From assembly GCA_965262995.1 (NCBI GenBank), contig OZ253574.1, positions 994,513 to 1,058,512 on the forward strand: a stretch of DNA of 64,000 nucleotides, read 5' to 3'. Of the stretch, positions 55,067 through 64,000 are shown piece by piece. Position numbers and translations under genes: made by a program. Each line of letters starts with the position of its first letter. The first letter of the stretch is position 1. Under the pieces are notes generated by a model. The model was given only the letters and a program-made list of their open reading frames with translations, made no database searches and was not told where the DNA came from. Source of the DNA: Leptonemataceae bacterium. GTDB taxonomy: Bacteria > Spirochaetota > Leptospiria > Leptospirales > Leptonemataceae.

Positions 55067-56620
55067 TTAGCGATAATCAAAACTTTTAATATAATCGGCA
55101 ACAAGATCCATTCTTGTAGAACGAGAACCTTTTATTAAAATACCGTCAAACAATTTTATTTTCTTTAATTCGTTTTTATTATTATTCCAATGTTCTAATA
55201 TCGAACTAGCTGAAGTAAAGGAATGAGCTTCAAATGTTTTATTTTTTTTAAAAATAGTTTTATAATATTGAATCAAATTGTTTTTATAAGATATTTTTTT
55301 TTGGTTTTCTATAAAAAACATTTCAAGTTCTTTGTTCCATTCTTTTGTGCAAAAAAAAATAGTTTTATAATTTAGATTTAAGGCCCCTTCTAAAACTTTG
55401 AGATGGCTTTGTAAGCTAGTGTTTCCTAATTCCTTCATCTCACCTAAAAAAAAAGCCAAATCCCCTTTAGGTAAAAGCTTCCTCAATCCTTTAAGTCCTT
55501 CAAGAGAGGATGCCACATTTGCATTGTATGTGTCGTCTATTAAAAGTTGAGCTTTCTTACCCCTTCTTTTTTTTGGGATAATTTCAAATCGTCTTTTACT
55601 CTCCACCACCGCTTTTTTGCATGCTTTAACTATTGCCTTGGTTTTAAAATGCAAACTTTCTAAAAGATACAAACAGGCGACAAGATTATTAGCTAGCCCT
55701 TCATTAAAAACTCTAGGAGCATAGATGGTATTCGTTTTTTTATTTCTTTCCCATTTGAAATTCAAGCCTACTCGAGAAATTTTTATTTTTTTGGGAGTTT
55801 CAAATAAGTGAAGGTGTAGTTGTTTTTTTTGAGCTATTTTCATCGCCATTTCTACACCCACGCATTTTTTATTATAAATCAATAAACTATCTTTTTCTAA
55901 ATAGGATGTAATTTCTAATTTTGCTTGGGCAATTTCTTCTATAGAGTTAAAATTCTCTATATGGGCCTCGGAAATATTTGTTATGATTGCATGGTGGGGT
56001 CGAGCAATTTCACAAAGCTTTTTTATTTCTCCCGAATGATTCATCCCCATTTCAAGCACGATATAAGATTCATTTCCTTTGACTTGTAAAATACTTAAAG
56101 GCAAGCCAAGATGATTGTTGTAATTTCCAATAGTAGAATAAATATTTTCTTTTCCTATAATTTGAGTAAGTAACGATGCAAGTAATTCTTTAGTGGAAGT
56201 TTTTCCATTACTTCCAGTGATAGCAATAATACAAGCTTGAATACGTTTTCTGTGAAATCGAGCTAAATCTCCTAAGGCCCTTTCTGTATCTGGCACCCTG
56301 TAAAAAAAACTTTTTTTTTCAATATCTTTTAGGGTACTAGGAAAGGAAAAATTTTCATCAATAATGAAGTGAGTAGCACCTTTTTGATAGGCTTCTCCAA
56401 TGTAATCATGGGCATTATTCTTTTCTCCTTTTAAGCAAATAAAAAGATTATCTTTTTTTAAAGTGCGGGTGTCGATGGAAAAACCTAAAATTTCCTTTGA
56501 AGCTTGATTTTGAAAATGGTCATTCAAAATTGTTATACCTAAAGCCTTTGATACTATGTGAGAGTCCCATTCAAGAGTTGTATTTGATGATGCTGATAAC
56601 GAATTTTTTTCTATAATCAT
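55067..56620 (-). CDS. murF: UDP-N-acetylmuramoyl-tripeptide--D-alanyl-D-alanine ligase
   Basis: 517 aa with Mur ligase P-loop 'ITGSNGKTSTK' and 'DDTYNAN'. Longer than typical because of a C-terminal-region insertion. Confidence 0.88.
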   Translation of the reverse strand: MIIEKNSLSASSNTTLEWDSHIVSKALGITILNDHFQNQASKEILGFSIDTRTLKKDNLFICLKGEKNNAHDYIGEAYQKGATHFIIDENFSFPSTLKDIEKKSFFYRVPDTERALGDLARFHRKRIQACIIAITGSNGKTSTKELLASLLTQIIGKENIYSTIGNYNNHLGLPLSILQVKGNESYIVLEMGMNHSGEIKKLCEIARPHHAIITNISEAHIENFNSIEEIAQAKLEITSYLEKDSLLIYNKKCVGVEMAMKIAQKKQLHLHLFETPKKIKISRVGLNFKWERNKKTNTIYAPRVFNEGLANNLVACLYLLESLHFKTKAIVKACKKAVVESKRRFEIIPKKRRGKKAQLLIDDTYNANVASSLEGLKGLRKLLPKGDLAFFLGEMKELGNTSLQSHLKVLEGALNLNYKTIFFCTKEWNKELEMFFIENQKKISYKNNLIQYYKTIFKKNKTFEAHSFTSASSILEHWNNNKNELKKIKLFDGILIKGSRSTRMDLVADYIKSFDYR

Positions 56621-56708
56621 CTTTGAGCTTTATTTTTACTCTTATCTGTCTTTACAATATTATTTTTATTAAAAGAATTATTCTAAAATAAAATCATGTA
56701 AATTTTTT

Positions 56709-57482
56709 TTATTCGATATTTAAAATAAGCCCGTCAAAAGCAGGTTGAACATTTTCTGGACAAATACTAAATACTTTATCATAATCCATTTGAGCACCAA
56801 GATGAGTTAGAAAGGCTCGCTTTGGTTTAAGTTCCTTTATCCAAGTTAAAGTTTTTTCAAAATGAGAATGTGTTAAATGGGGGGTAAATTGAAGGGCATC
56901 CACAATCCATAAGTCTAGTCCTTTTAGAGTATCTTTAGCCTTTGAGTCTAGTTCAAGCACATCTGTTGAATAAGCAAAATTTCCAATGCGAAAACCAGTG
57001 GATGAACTATATCCATGATTTTGTTTGAATGATGTAACTTCTACCCCCCCCACCCTAAAAGTATTATATTCTATAATATTTTTTTTTAAGAGGGTCGGAT
57101 AAATTTGGTTAATAAGCGTTGATGGTGGTGAAAAAATGTATGAAAACTTCTTTTCTAATTCTAAATAAGTTTCATGGGAAAAAAAGGCGGGAATGGGATT
57201 CCCATTCTTTTGAACTATGGGACGTATATCATCTATACCATGACAATGATCTGCGTGTGCATGCGTGAATAAGATAGCTGTGATATTAGGATTTTTAAGG
57301 CTAAGTAATTGTTCTCTTAGGTCGGGAGTTGTATCTATAAGTATTCTTTCTTTCTCAACTTCTATAAAGATAGAAGAACGAAGCCTCCGATTCTTTATTT
57401 GTTTTGGATTACAATCCCCCCATCCGAAGGCTACATTAGGGATTCCTGCTGAGGTTCCGCAACCTAGTATAGTAATTTGCAT
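56709..57482 (-). CDS. MBL-fold metallo-hydrolase (PhnP/GPMBL-like)
   Basis: 257 aa with 'LFTHAHADHCHG' (HxHxDH). Confidence 0.8.
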   Translation of the reverse strand: MQITILGCGTSAGIPNVAFGWGDCNPKQIKNRRLRSSIFIEVEKERILIDTTPDLREQLLSLKNPNITAILFTHAHADHCHGIDDIRPIVQKNGNPIPAFFSHETYLELEKKFSYIFSPPSTLINQIYPTLLKKNIIEYNTFRVGGVEVTSFKQNHGYSSSTGFRIGNFAYSTDVLELDSKAKDTLKGLDLWIVDALQFTPHLTHSHFEKTLTWIKELKPKRAFLTHLGAQMDYDKVFSICPENVQPAFDGLILNIE

Positions 57483-57557
57483 TTTTGAAAGATGAAGCTT
57501 GCTGTAAAAATAGGAATCTATTCTTAATAGATATTAAATTATTTATAAACTTAAATA

Positions 57558-58280
57558 TTATAGAAATAGTTTTACACGTTTTGGGTCAGCTTCTGATAAT
57601 TTTAAGAAAATTATAAAATCAAAAGTATTAAATTCAAAATCGATTGCAGGCCCGCTACAAACCTTACACCCATTTCTGATGTATGTTTTAAAGAGTCCGG
57701 GTATTTCATTAGGAATACTATTAGGTTTATAGCACAGACCTTTTACAGCATGCTTCTCTTTTGTTTTTACAAAATATTTATTATGAAAATAATTTTTATC
57801 TTTAATATACGAATATGTTTGGATTATATCATTTAAATTATTTCCAAAAAAAGAACCTGAACCAAAAAGAACTTCTTTTTTATATTCTATCAAAATATGT
57901 AATACTTTTTGCCAAAGAAGGAATAAAACCCTCCCTCTGCGATAGTTTTTATGTATACATGCCCTTCCTATTTCCATTGAGTTTTTTAAAATATCTTCAG
58001 GAAAATCTGAAATTTCAAAAAGTTGATTTGTTACAAAACCTCTTCCTGCCATTGCCATTTCATATGTTTGTATGCGATAGGTTCCTACGATTTTATTTAT
58101 TTCTTTATCTATGACTATTATATGTTCACATTGATCATCCCATTCATCTATATCCATTTGCAAAGTTTGAGAACTTTGTAATCCCTCATTGAGTTCTTTA
58201 TTGAAAACTTCAAATCGTAACGTATAAACTTCTTCCCTTTCAGATTTATTATTTGCAAAACGTACTTCAAATTGTGACAT
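57558..58280 (-). CDS. GNAT-family N-acyltransferase (OlsB / putative hemolysin-like)
   Basis: 240 aa with the 'YTLRFEVFNKELNEG...D.DEWD..CEHIIV' pattern of the COG3176 lyso-ornithine-lipid synthase family. Confidence 0.6.
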   Translation of the reverse strand: MSQFEVRFANNKSEREEVYTLRFEVFNKELNEGLQSSQTLQMDIDEWDDQCEHIIVIDKEINKIVGTYRIQTYEMAMAGRGFVTNQLFEISDFPEDILKNSMEIGRACIHKNYRRGRVLFLLWQKVLHILIEYKKEVLFGSGSFFGNNLNDIIQTYSYIKDKNYFHNKYFVKTKEKHAVKGLCYKPNSIPNEIPGLFKTYIRNGCKVCSGPAIDFEFNTFDFIIFLKLSEADPKRVKLFL

Positions 58281-58430
58281 GTGGATAATCCTTGAATAAT
58301 CAATATTTGTATATTTTCAAATCTTATAGATGCTATTAATAGATTTATTTTCAAGTAAATAAATCTATTTTGTTTTGCAATCTTTACTAAAAAGTGTCTT
58401 AAAATATTTTCTAAAATTTATTAAAATAAT

Positions 58431-60587
58431 TTATTCAAACCTATAAAGTAAATGTTCAGCCTCTTCAATAGAATGTACAGGCTCTATACAAATCTGATTT
58501 TTACAAATATATATTGTAGTTTGTTTGTCTTTCATAAATTTTTCTTTTAGTGCGGGAATCAATTTTGAAATTGCTTCCTTTTCACTTTCTTTTGCAAATA
58601 ATATCATACTTTCGTTTGAAAAATTCATGTAAACCCAGTCTTTAATTTTTTGATCTTTTATATTATCTTCATTTGTTTCTTCATCAGGGGATAAAACTAT
58701 AATTTCAAAATTACCCTTAAACATTAAAATATTCAAATAATGAAAATAGGAATGTAAATGGCCTGTGCTTAAAAGAGAATGCTTTAATTTACTCAATATA
58801 CTATTTATAGAGTTTGTATTTTCTTCTCTTTGTATGCCGTAACTTCTTAGGGTATAAAAAAGTTTTAGGCATAGGGCATTGCTTGAGGGCTCTACACCAT
58901 CATATGTGTCTACGCTACGTTTGAATAAATCTTGATTTGAAAATTCAGTTTCGTAAAAAATAGGAAAATCATCGCTAGTCTTTTTTTCTTCCATAAAGTT
59001 TTCAATAATTTGATTACGCAATTCTATAGCCCGTTCAAGATTTTTAAGTTCAAAATTTGTTTTATATAAATCTAAAAAGGCACAAGCGAGAGCCGCATAA
59101 TCTTTTAGGCAGGCAGGAAAACATGCTTCACCATCTTTGTACCGACGTTTAAGCTTTTTATCTTTAACATACATATTCTCCCAAATAAAATCAGATGCTT
59201 TTTGAGCACGAAGGATTAGAGCCCTTTGCTTTTCTTTTTCTTGTGGAATACGTGCAATCATTGCATAGGCACTAATAGCATACGAATTCCATGCTGTTAG
59301 AATTTTCTCATCTCGAAAGGGGCGTATACGTTTTTCCCTTTCTTTGTTTAATGCAATTCGTGCCTTCTCTATTAGAGAGTACCATTGATTTTTTTCTGTA
59401 TTGGGTTTAATTGCTTCTATAAAGGAATCTCTATCCAAAACTTCATGTAAGATATTTTTTCCTTCAAAATCTCCGCGTGCCTTTACCCCCCAAAAACGTG
59501 CTATATTGTTTATATCATCTTGATTGAAATTGTTTTCATTTAAGATTTTTTGAAACTCTTCTAGTGACCAAGTATAAAATTTACCTTCGTGGCCTTCTGA
59601 GTCTGCATCTTCAGCAGAATAAAAGGAACCATTAGGATGGCTCATATCTCTATCAAGATATATCGTTATGTCATCTATCCATTTTTTATATTCTTCTTTC
59701 TTGGTTAGATGATATGCTTCGTATAAAATCCAAATCAAAAGAGAATTATCATAAAGCATTTTTTCAAAATGTGGCACGAGCCAATCATGATCTGTGCTGT
59801 AACGAGAAATTCCTCCCCCAAGTTGGTCATAAATCCCTCCTTGTTTCATTTTTTTTAGGGTGTGTTCTAAGATCTTTAGGTAGTTTTGATTTTTGTCTAT
59901 ACGATACGCACTAGCTAAAAACAATAATTGTAAAGAAGGAGGAAATTTATTTGATCCATTATTTAGAAAGCCCCCATTGTAAGAATCATAAAAAGAAGTT
60001 AAATATTTTATTGTTTGTTCCTTTCCCTTTTCTAAAAAACTAAAATCTTCTATACTATCAACATTGTTTTCAGCATTGCTATCCGAAGAGTTTTTTAAGA
60101 GAAACTCATAAATACTCTGGGCAGAAACAAGTAATTTTTCCCTTTCTTCTTTCCAAGCACGGGCTAAGGCTTCTAAAACTTGTTTAAAAGCAGGCCGCCC
60201 ATACATTGCTTTAGGTGGGAAATAAGTGCCCCCAGTAATAGGTAAACGGTCAGGTGTTAAAAATATATTTAATGGCCAGCCTCCTTGGATTCCCATTGCA
60301 TGCAAGGCATCCATATAGATTTGGTCAATATCAGGTCTTTCTTCTCTATCTAATTTTATTGCTAAAAAGTTAGCATTAATGATGTTTGCTGTTTCCTCAT
60401 CTTCAAAGGATTCCCTTTCCATGACATGGCACCAATGACAGGTGGAATAACCTATAGAGAGTAAAACTAGCTTATCTTGTTTTTGAGCTTCTTTAAATAT
60501 TTCAAGTCCCCACGCATGCCAATTCACAGGATTGTGAGCATGTTGTTGCAGATAGGGACTTTTTTCTTTTATGAGTTTGTTAGGCAA
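58431..60587 (-). CDS. thioredoxin-domain protein (DUF255 / YyaL family)
   Basis: 718 aa with '[16 protein letters not shown]', followed by a six-hairpin glycosidase-like domain pattern. Confidence 0.85.
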   Translation of the reverse strand: MPNKLIKEKSPYLQQHAHNPVNWHAWGLEIFKEAQKQDKLVLLSIGYSTCHWCHVMERESFEDEETANIINANFLAIKLDREERPDIDQIYMDALHAMGIQGGWPLNIFLTPDRLPITGGTYFPPKAMYGRPAFKQVLEALARAWKEEREKLLVSAQSIYEFLLKNSSDSNAENNVDSIEDFSFLEKGKEQTIKYLTSFYDSYNGGFLNNGSNKFPPSLQLLFLASAYRIDKNQNYLKILEHTLKKMKQGGIYDQLGGGISRYSTDHDWLVPHFEKMLYDNSLLIWILYEAYHLTKKEEYKKWIDDITIYLDRDMSHPNGSFYSAEDADSEGHEGKFYTWSLEEFQKILNENNFNQDDINNIARFWGVKARGDFEGKNILHEVLDRDSFIEAIKPNTEKNQWYSLIEKARIALNKEREKRIRPFRDEKILTAWNSYAISAYAMIARIPQEKEKQRALILRAQKASDFIWENMYVKDKKLKRRYKDGEACFPACLKDYAALACAFLDLYKTNFELKNLERAIELRNQIIENFMEEKKTSDDFPIFYETEFSNQDLFKRSVDTYDGVEPSSNALCLKLFYTLRSYGIQREENTNSINSILSKLKHSLLSTGHLHSYFHYLNILMFKGNFEIIVLSPDEETNEDNIKDQKIKDWVYMNFSNESMILFAKESEKEAISKLIPALKEKFMKDKQTTIYICKNQICIEPVHSIEEAEHLLYRFE

Positions 60588-60610
60588 AATTTAATAAAGT
60601 AAATGAATTA

Positions 60611-61021
60611 TTATTTTTTAATTCCTTTGTGAATCGTGAAAAGAGATTTAAAGTTTTCCCAATAAGCCCAACCTAATACTAGCTCTCCTACTAATAAAAT
60701 TACTGCTATAGGTAAACCCGTATGCTCTATATTTAGGTGAAATAAAAATATATTTACAATAATTGGGGCAAGGAGTAGGATTCCGAGAGGTAAGAATACG
60801 CCACTAAGTAGCATTAGGGCGGCTACAACTTCTACTATTTTTACAGTTTCGAGTATATGAGCTCGCATTAAAGAAGAAAAAAATAAACCAGCAACACCTT
60901 GCATAGGTGGAACTTTTATGAAGCCTGCATTAAAAATAAACTCGAGTAAACCATTTACACCAAATACCAAAAAAATGGCACCAAGAAGGTATCTGAACAA
61001 AGTGATGATTATTGTTTTCAT
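60611..61021 (-). CDS. small integral membrane protein (DoxX-like)
   Basis: 136 aa with four predicted TM helices. Family assignment is tentative. Confidence 0.4.
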   Translation of the reverse strand: MKTIIITLFRYLLGAIFLVFGVNGLLEFIFNAGFIKVPPMQGVAGLFFSSLMRAHILETVKIVEVVAALMLLSGVFLPLGILLLAPIIVNIFLFHLNIEHTGLPIAVILLVGELVLGWAYWENFKSLFTIHKGIKK

Positions 61022-61031
61022 ATACCACGCT

Positions 61032-61081
61032 ATTACCTTAAGAGTAAAAATGTAAATATAAATTTTTACTCTTAAGGTAAT
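61032..61081. repeat. perfect 20-bp-arm palindrome between two minus-strand genes
   Basis: ATTACCTTAAGAGTAAAAAT (61032-61051), 10-nt spacer, ATTTTTACTCTTAAGGTAAT (61062-61081). Confidence 0.9.
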
Positions 61082-61124
61082 TTATATTTAACAATAATAA
61101 CATCCTTCGTTTCACGTGAAACCA

Positions 61125-62294
61125 TTATACTTTTTTTAGATTTTTACCCCTAAAAAAACTTAGAAAAATAAATCCTTGAAAAACTAAAAAAATTAAAGCA
61201 ACCCCTGTTTTTAAAGGAGTATTGAATAAGGGATTAGAGTCACTACTTAAGGGGTTATCAATGATATAATCCCCTTCTGAAAAATCATAAGAAAACTCTA
61301 TTAAACTTTCTTTTGCACCATTTGCTTTTTTATCTATTTGGTAACCTATGCCTATATTGGGTATTTCTATCTCTTTAGTGTTTGCTCCAATAATCTTAGG
61401 CTTAAAATTATTAGGTTTCCAAAGGAGGATTCTATAATGTTCGTTTAAGGCAATATCTTGAAATTTTAAAAATCTATCTTTCATTTTTCTTGTAGGGATA
61501 CTAAAACTTAAATTTATTTCAGCTTGGCCAGGTCTTATACCCCTCTCAATCATAAAGTACTCTTCTTTTTCTTTTAATGACAATGTAATAGGCATGCTAT
61601 TTTTCCCATAGCGTAAAGAAGCTTTTTTAGCTTTAGCCTTGGGATCTACAAAGAATAAAATAGAGCTTAAATCAAAACTTCTTGGTGGGTTTGATTGATT
61701 TTGAATTACATAAACTTGTTCTACTTCTATGTCTTCCTTATGCTTTGTTACCCACATAGCGGAATTTATTTTTATTTCACTAGCTTTTGCCCCCGCCTCG
61801 TAAATCATTAACTCATGTTGTTTTTCCCAAAACTTTGGAACGGGTGGTATTAAAACAGTGTAGCTTGTTCCTTGGTAATTTGCTCGTAACAAATAAGGGG
61901 TATTTGATGGCACTAAGGGGCTAAAGCGAAATTGATTGCTCTTTGGTTGTTTTTTTTCTATAATTTCCATTCCTTGTTTGAGCGAGATTAATTCCACTTC
62001 AGGTAGGGGTTTTACAAAGTGCCCTGTACCATTTCTTAATGTTACACTAAAGCTATATTTTTTTTCCTTTTTAATCTTGGTTTCAGAGAGAATGGGGGAT
62101 ACACACAATAGGCTAAAAAGGAAGCAGGTAATGTATACATTGAATATAGAGACAAGAGATGCTTTGAAATTAGAAAAAATAAGTCTTAAAAATATTCTAA
62201 ATGTTTCATACAACCTTAGAATGTTAAAAATAGTATTTAAATCTGTATGAATGTTTTTTGTTTGTGTATTCATTGTAAGGAGTTCCCGTATCAT
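61125..62294 (-). CDS. hypothetical membrane-anchored protein
   Basis: 389 aa with an N-terminal TM/signal anchor and a C-terminal TM helix. Lies downstream of the ccmH-like gene. Confidence 0.45.
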   Translation of the reverse strand: MIRELLTMNTQTKNIHTDLNTIFNILRLYETFRIFLRLIFSNFKASLVSIFNVYITCFLFSLLCVSPILSETKIKKEKKYSFSVTLRNGTGHFVKPLPEVELISLKQGMEIIEKKQPKSNQFRFSPLVPSNTPYLLRANYQGTSYTVLIPPVPKFWEKQHELMIYEAGAKASEIKINSAMWVTKHKEDIEVEQVYVIQNQSNPPRSFDLSSILFFVDPKAKAKKASLRYGKNSMPITLSLKEKEEYFMIERGIRPGQAEINLSFSIPTRKMKDRFLKFQDIALNEHYRILLWKPNNFKPKIIGANTKEIEIPNIGIGYQIDKKANGAKESLIEFSYDFSEGDYIIDNPLSSDSNPLFNTPLKTGVALIFLVFQGFIFLSFFRGKNLKKV

Positions 62295-62321
62295 AAAAAT
62301 AGAAGTTATTTGAAATAAGGA

Positions 62322-62801
62322 TTACTTGCGATTAGATTTATACCAAAGAGATATTATAAGGCTAGCTAAAAGAAGAGCAAAGATTAGAATGAAAATAGGC
62401 ATTAGTAAGGAATGCTGTGCTAAAACTTTAGGCCCATAGCCTTTTTCTAAATTATCGATAAAGTCTTTGTAGCCTTTTTCAATTAGGCTTTGGGCATAGG
62501 GATCTTTGTATATTTCTGAAGAGTAACCTTTTTCAAAAGAGTGAATTATATTTTTACAAAGGTCTCCTTTTTTTATACGATTTTCAATAAAACGACGAGC
62601 GGGAATTGCAAAAGGGCAATCAACATGAGAGCATAAACTTAAAACTTGATTACAGCCACATTGGCAAACTAAGGCATTTGAAACCTCTGTGAAGCATTGA
62701 ACTTCCTTGGGGTCCCTTAGTTGTGTATAAACTTCTTGTGCTTTGATATGAAAATTAACCCCTATAAAAAAGAGTATCACAAAAGCTATTAGTCTATTCA
62801 T
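62322..62801 (-). CDS. cytochrome c-type biogenesis protein CcmH/NrfF-like
   Basis: 159 aa with a signal peptide, Cys cluster 'LVCQCGCNQVLSLCSHVDCP' and a C-terminal TM anchor. Directly downstream of the CcmF-like gene. Confidence 0.5.
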   Translation of the reverse strand: MNRLIAFVILFFIGVNFHIKAQEVYTQLRDPKEVQCFTEVSNALVCQCGCNQVLSLCSHVDCPFAIPARRFIENRIKKGDLCKNIIHSFEKGYSSEIYKDPYAQSLIEKGYKDFIDNLEKGYGPKVLAQHSLLMPIFILIFALLLASLIISLWYKSNRK

Positions 62802-62936
62802 ATTAATATTTCAAACCTATCAAAAAATTTTTAAAATTTCTGTGTCTCTTCTAAATTGTTATACGAATGTAATGAACAGTATTTCTATAAAGACAATTCT
62901 AGTTTTTTTAAAGTTCATTTATCGTTTTACTATGTT

Positions 62937-64000
62937 TTAGAAATCTTCTTTTCCCCTTTTTTCTCCCACGGGAATGAGTAAAAGTAAGCCCGAGAAAAAG
63001 AAAGTTAAGGAACCTAGCCATATAAACTTTACTAGTGGATTAATCCATATTTCAAGAGAGGCTACAAGATTAGGTGGGAACAATTCGAGATAGGCACGTT
63101 GATCTTTTTTAAATAAAACATAGTAAGCTTCATAAAAATGATTGAGAGGAATTTCTCTATTTTTACTAGCTTCTTTTTCTTTAAGTAAAGAATTTTCAAT
63201 AACAGGAATGTGAATAGCCCCAAGTTGTATGTACAAATCTTCAAACCAAGTAGAACGCATGTCGGGCTTGCTTGTAGGAATATGAATTGCGTGACTTTGA
63301 TTATTTCGGGCGACTTCACCTGAAACAGGATCCACTTGAGGGTAAAAATGCCTTTCTGTACGTAAGTGTCCATCAAGGACAATCCCAGTAAAAAGCTTTA
63401 GTATTTGATAAAAAAAAGAAGGTCTTTTGTTTATCTCTTCATATTTTTGAGCACCATCTGTGTTGTTTTGTAATGCTAAATTTTTTAATCCATGTGCTAC
63501 TTGGTAGTGTGCTTGTTGGGCAAAGGTAAAGCGAGGAGATTTTTTAGAATTTAGATCTAGTTTGTAAACAGGTCTGAAAAAAAAGTCTTTAGCTTGTATG
63601 TAATAATTTTCTATAAAAGAAATATCTCCGCTGTAATAATGTATCACATCACTTTGATTAGGTTCGTATACTTTAGTATAATGGAACTCTATTTTTTTTG
63701 TTTTTTTGAAAGCCGATCCCGAGTAACCTATAAATAAAAATACTATCGATAGATGAGCTAAATATCCTACATACTTTGTTTTATTATTTAAAATCAGTTT
63801 AAGAATAGAGCGTAGTTTTGACTCACTAAAACGAGCTTGGCGAGACCTTAACCCTTGCCAATATTCTTGTATGATTCCCGCTACAACAAATACAGAAATA
63901 CCTACTGTAAGTATGGCTAAGCTTTCTCCCAAAATCTCATAACCCCAAGTACTTACGTTGGGTCCGGGATAAGCTGTAAAAAAAACACCATAACTTAAAG
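62937..64000 (-). CDS. cytochrome c biogenesis protein CcmF-like, C-terminal part (N-terminus beyond the right edge)
   Basis: The frame stays open upstream of the track's TTG at 63932, reading ...YPGPNVSTWGYEILGESLAIL..., out to position 64000. TM helices with 'YLAHLSIVFLFIGYSG' resemble the CcmF C-terminal region. ccmH-like neighbour. Confidence 0.5.
   Translation of the reverse strand, partial: LSYGVFFTAYPGPNVSTWGYEILGESLAILTVGISVFVVAGIIQEYWQGLRSRQARFSESKLRSILKLILNNKTKYVGYLAHLSIVFLFIGYSGSAFKKTKKIEFHYTKVYEPNQSDVIHYYSGDISFIENYYIQAKDFFFRPVYKLDLNSKKSPRFTFAQQAHYQVAHGLKNLALQNNTDGAQKYEEINKRPSFFYQILKLFTGIVLDGHLRTERHFYPQVDPVSGEVARNNQSHAIHIPTSKPDMRSTWFEDLYIQLGAIHIPVIENSLLKEKEASKNREIPLNHFYEAYYVLFKKDQRAYLELFPPNLVASLEIWINPLVKFIWLGSLTFFFSGLLLLIPVGEKRGKEDF

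Noticed and set aside
12784-62250. Remaining short track ORFs nested in or antisense to large conserved genes. Examples: 12784..12978, 14197..14412, 14610..14918, 16881..17063, 18333..18581, 21438..21632, 24238..24423, 27671..27997, 30011..31489, 33110..33316, 33921..34124, 38412..38657, 39916..40182, 42432..42857, 44091..44276, 45569..45904, 46643..46939, 52695..52895, 53164..53723, 54752..54934, 57265..57495, 57815..58354, 59714..59914, 61936..62250, 63062..63382
   Set aside because: Each is fully overlapped by a longer ORF carrying recognisable family motifs. AT-rich genomes yield many such spurious antisense frames.

Overview
AT-rich bacterial chromosomal window, roughly 30% G+C by eye. 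It carries Gram-negative-type genes (mraY/murF, ccmF/ccmH, lipobox lipoproteins), and most of it is housekeeping: rplY-prs-glmU-like-tRNA-Gln-ispE, rpsO-pnp, ssb, trpC, recN, pgi, clpB, rpmE, clpP, dnaN-recF, cysK, argH, folP, ilvE, murF-mraY. The main finding is a ~12.5 kb accessory island between recN (ends 14324) and pgi (starts 26865). Its core is a complete type V-A CRISPR-Cas system, entirely on the minus strand. It comprises a 1365-aa Cas12a (Cpf1) effector, cas4-cas1-cas2, and an array of 36 repeats and 35 spacers. The repeat ends in the canonical Cas12a handle AAUUUCUACUGUUGUAGAU. The gene order is unusual: cas4-cas1-cas2-leader-array-cas12a, so the effector lies downstream of the array. 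Two solitary degenerate copies of the repeat lie outside the array. One sits directly against the start codon of a small HTH-like gene at the head of the cas4 operon. The other is a decayed copy 5.8 kb from the array, next to pgi. Between them are GC-enriched tandem ~49-bp repeats, a HEPN/MNT toxin-antitoxin pair, two lipoprotein genes and a structured GC-enriched intergenic element. Outside the island, notable items are a bacterial histone-fold protein, a PNPase with an RGG-rich disordered tail next to an RRM/RGG RNA-binding protein, and an orphan DNA methyltransferase fused to a degenerate SNase-like domain. There is also a DnaA-box-like cluster upstream of dnaN with no dnaA nearby, and several long perfect intergenic palindromes. 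No transposase, integrase or rRNA was seen. All calls come from reading the sequence and ORF translations; no database search was possible.
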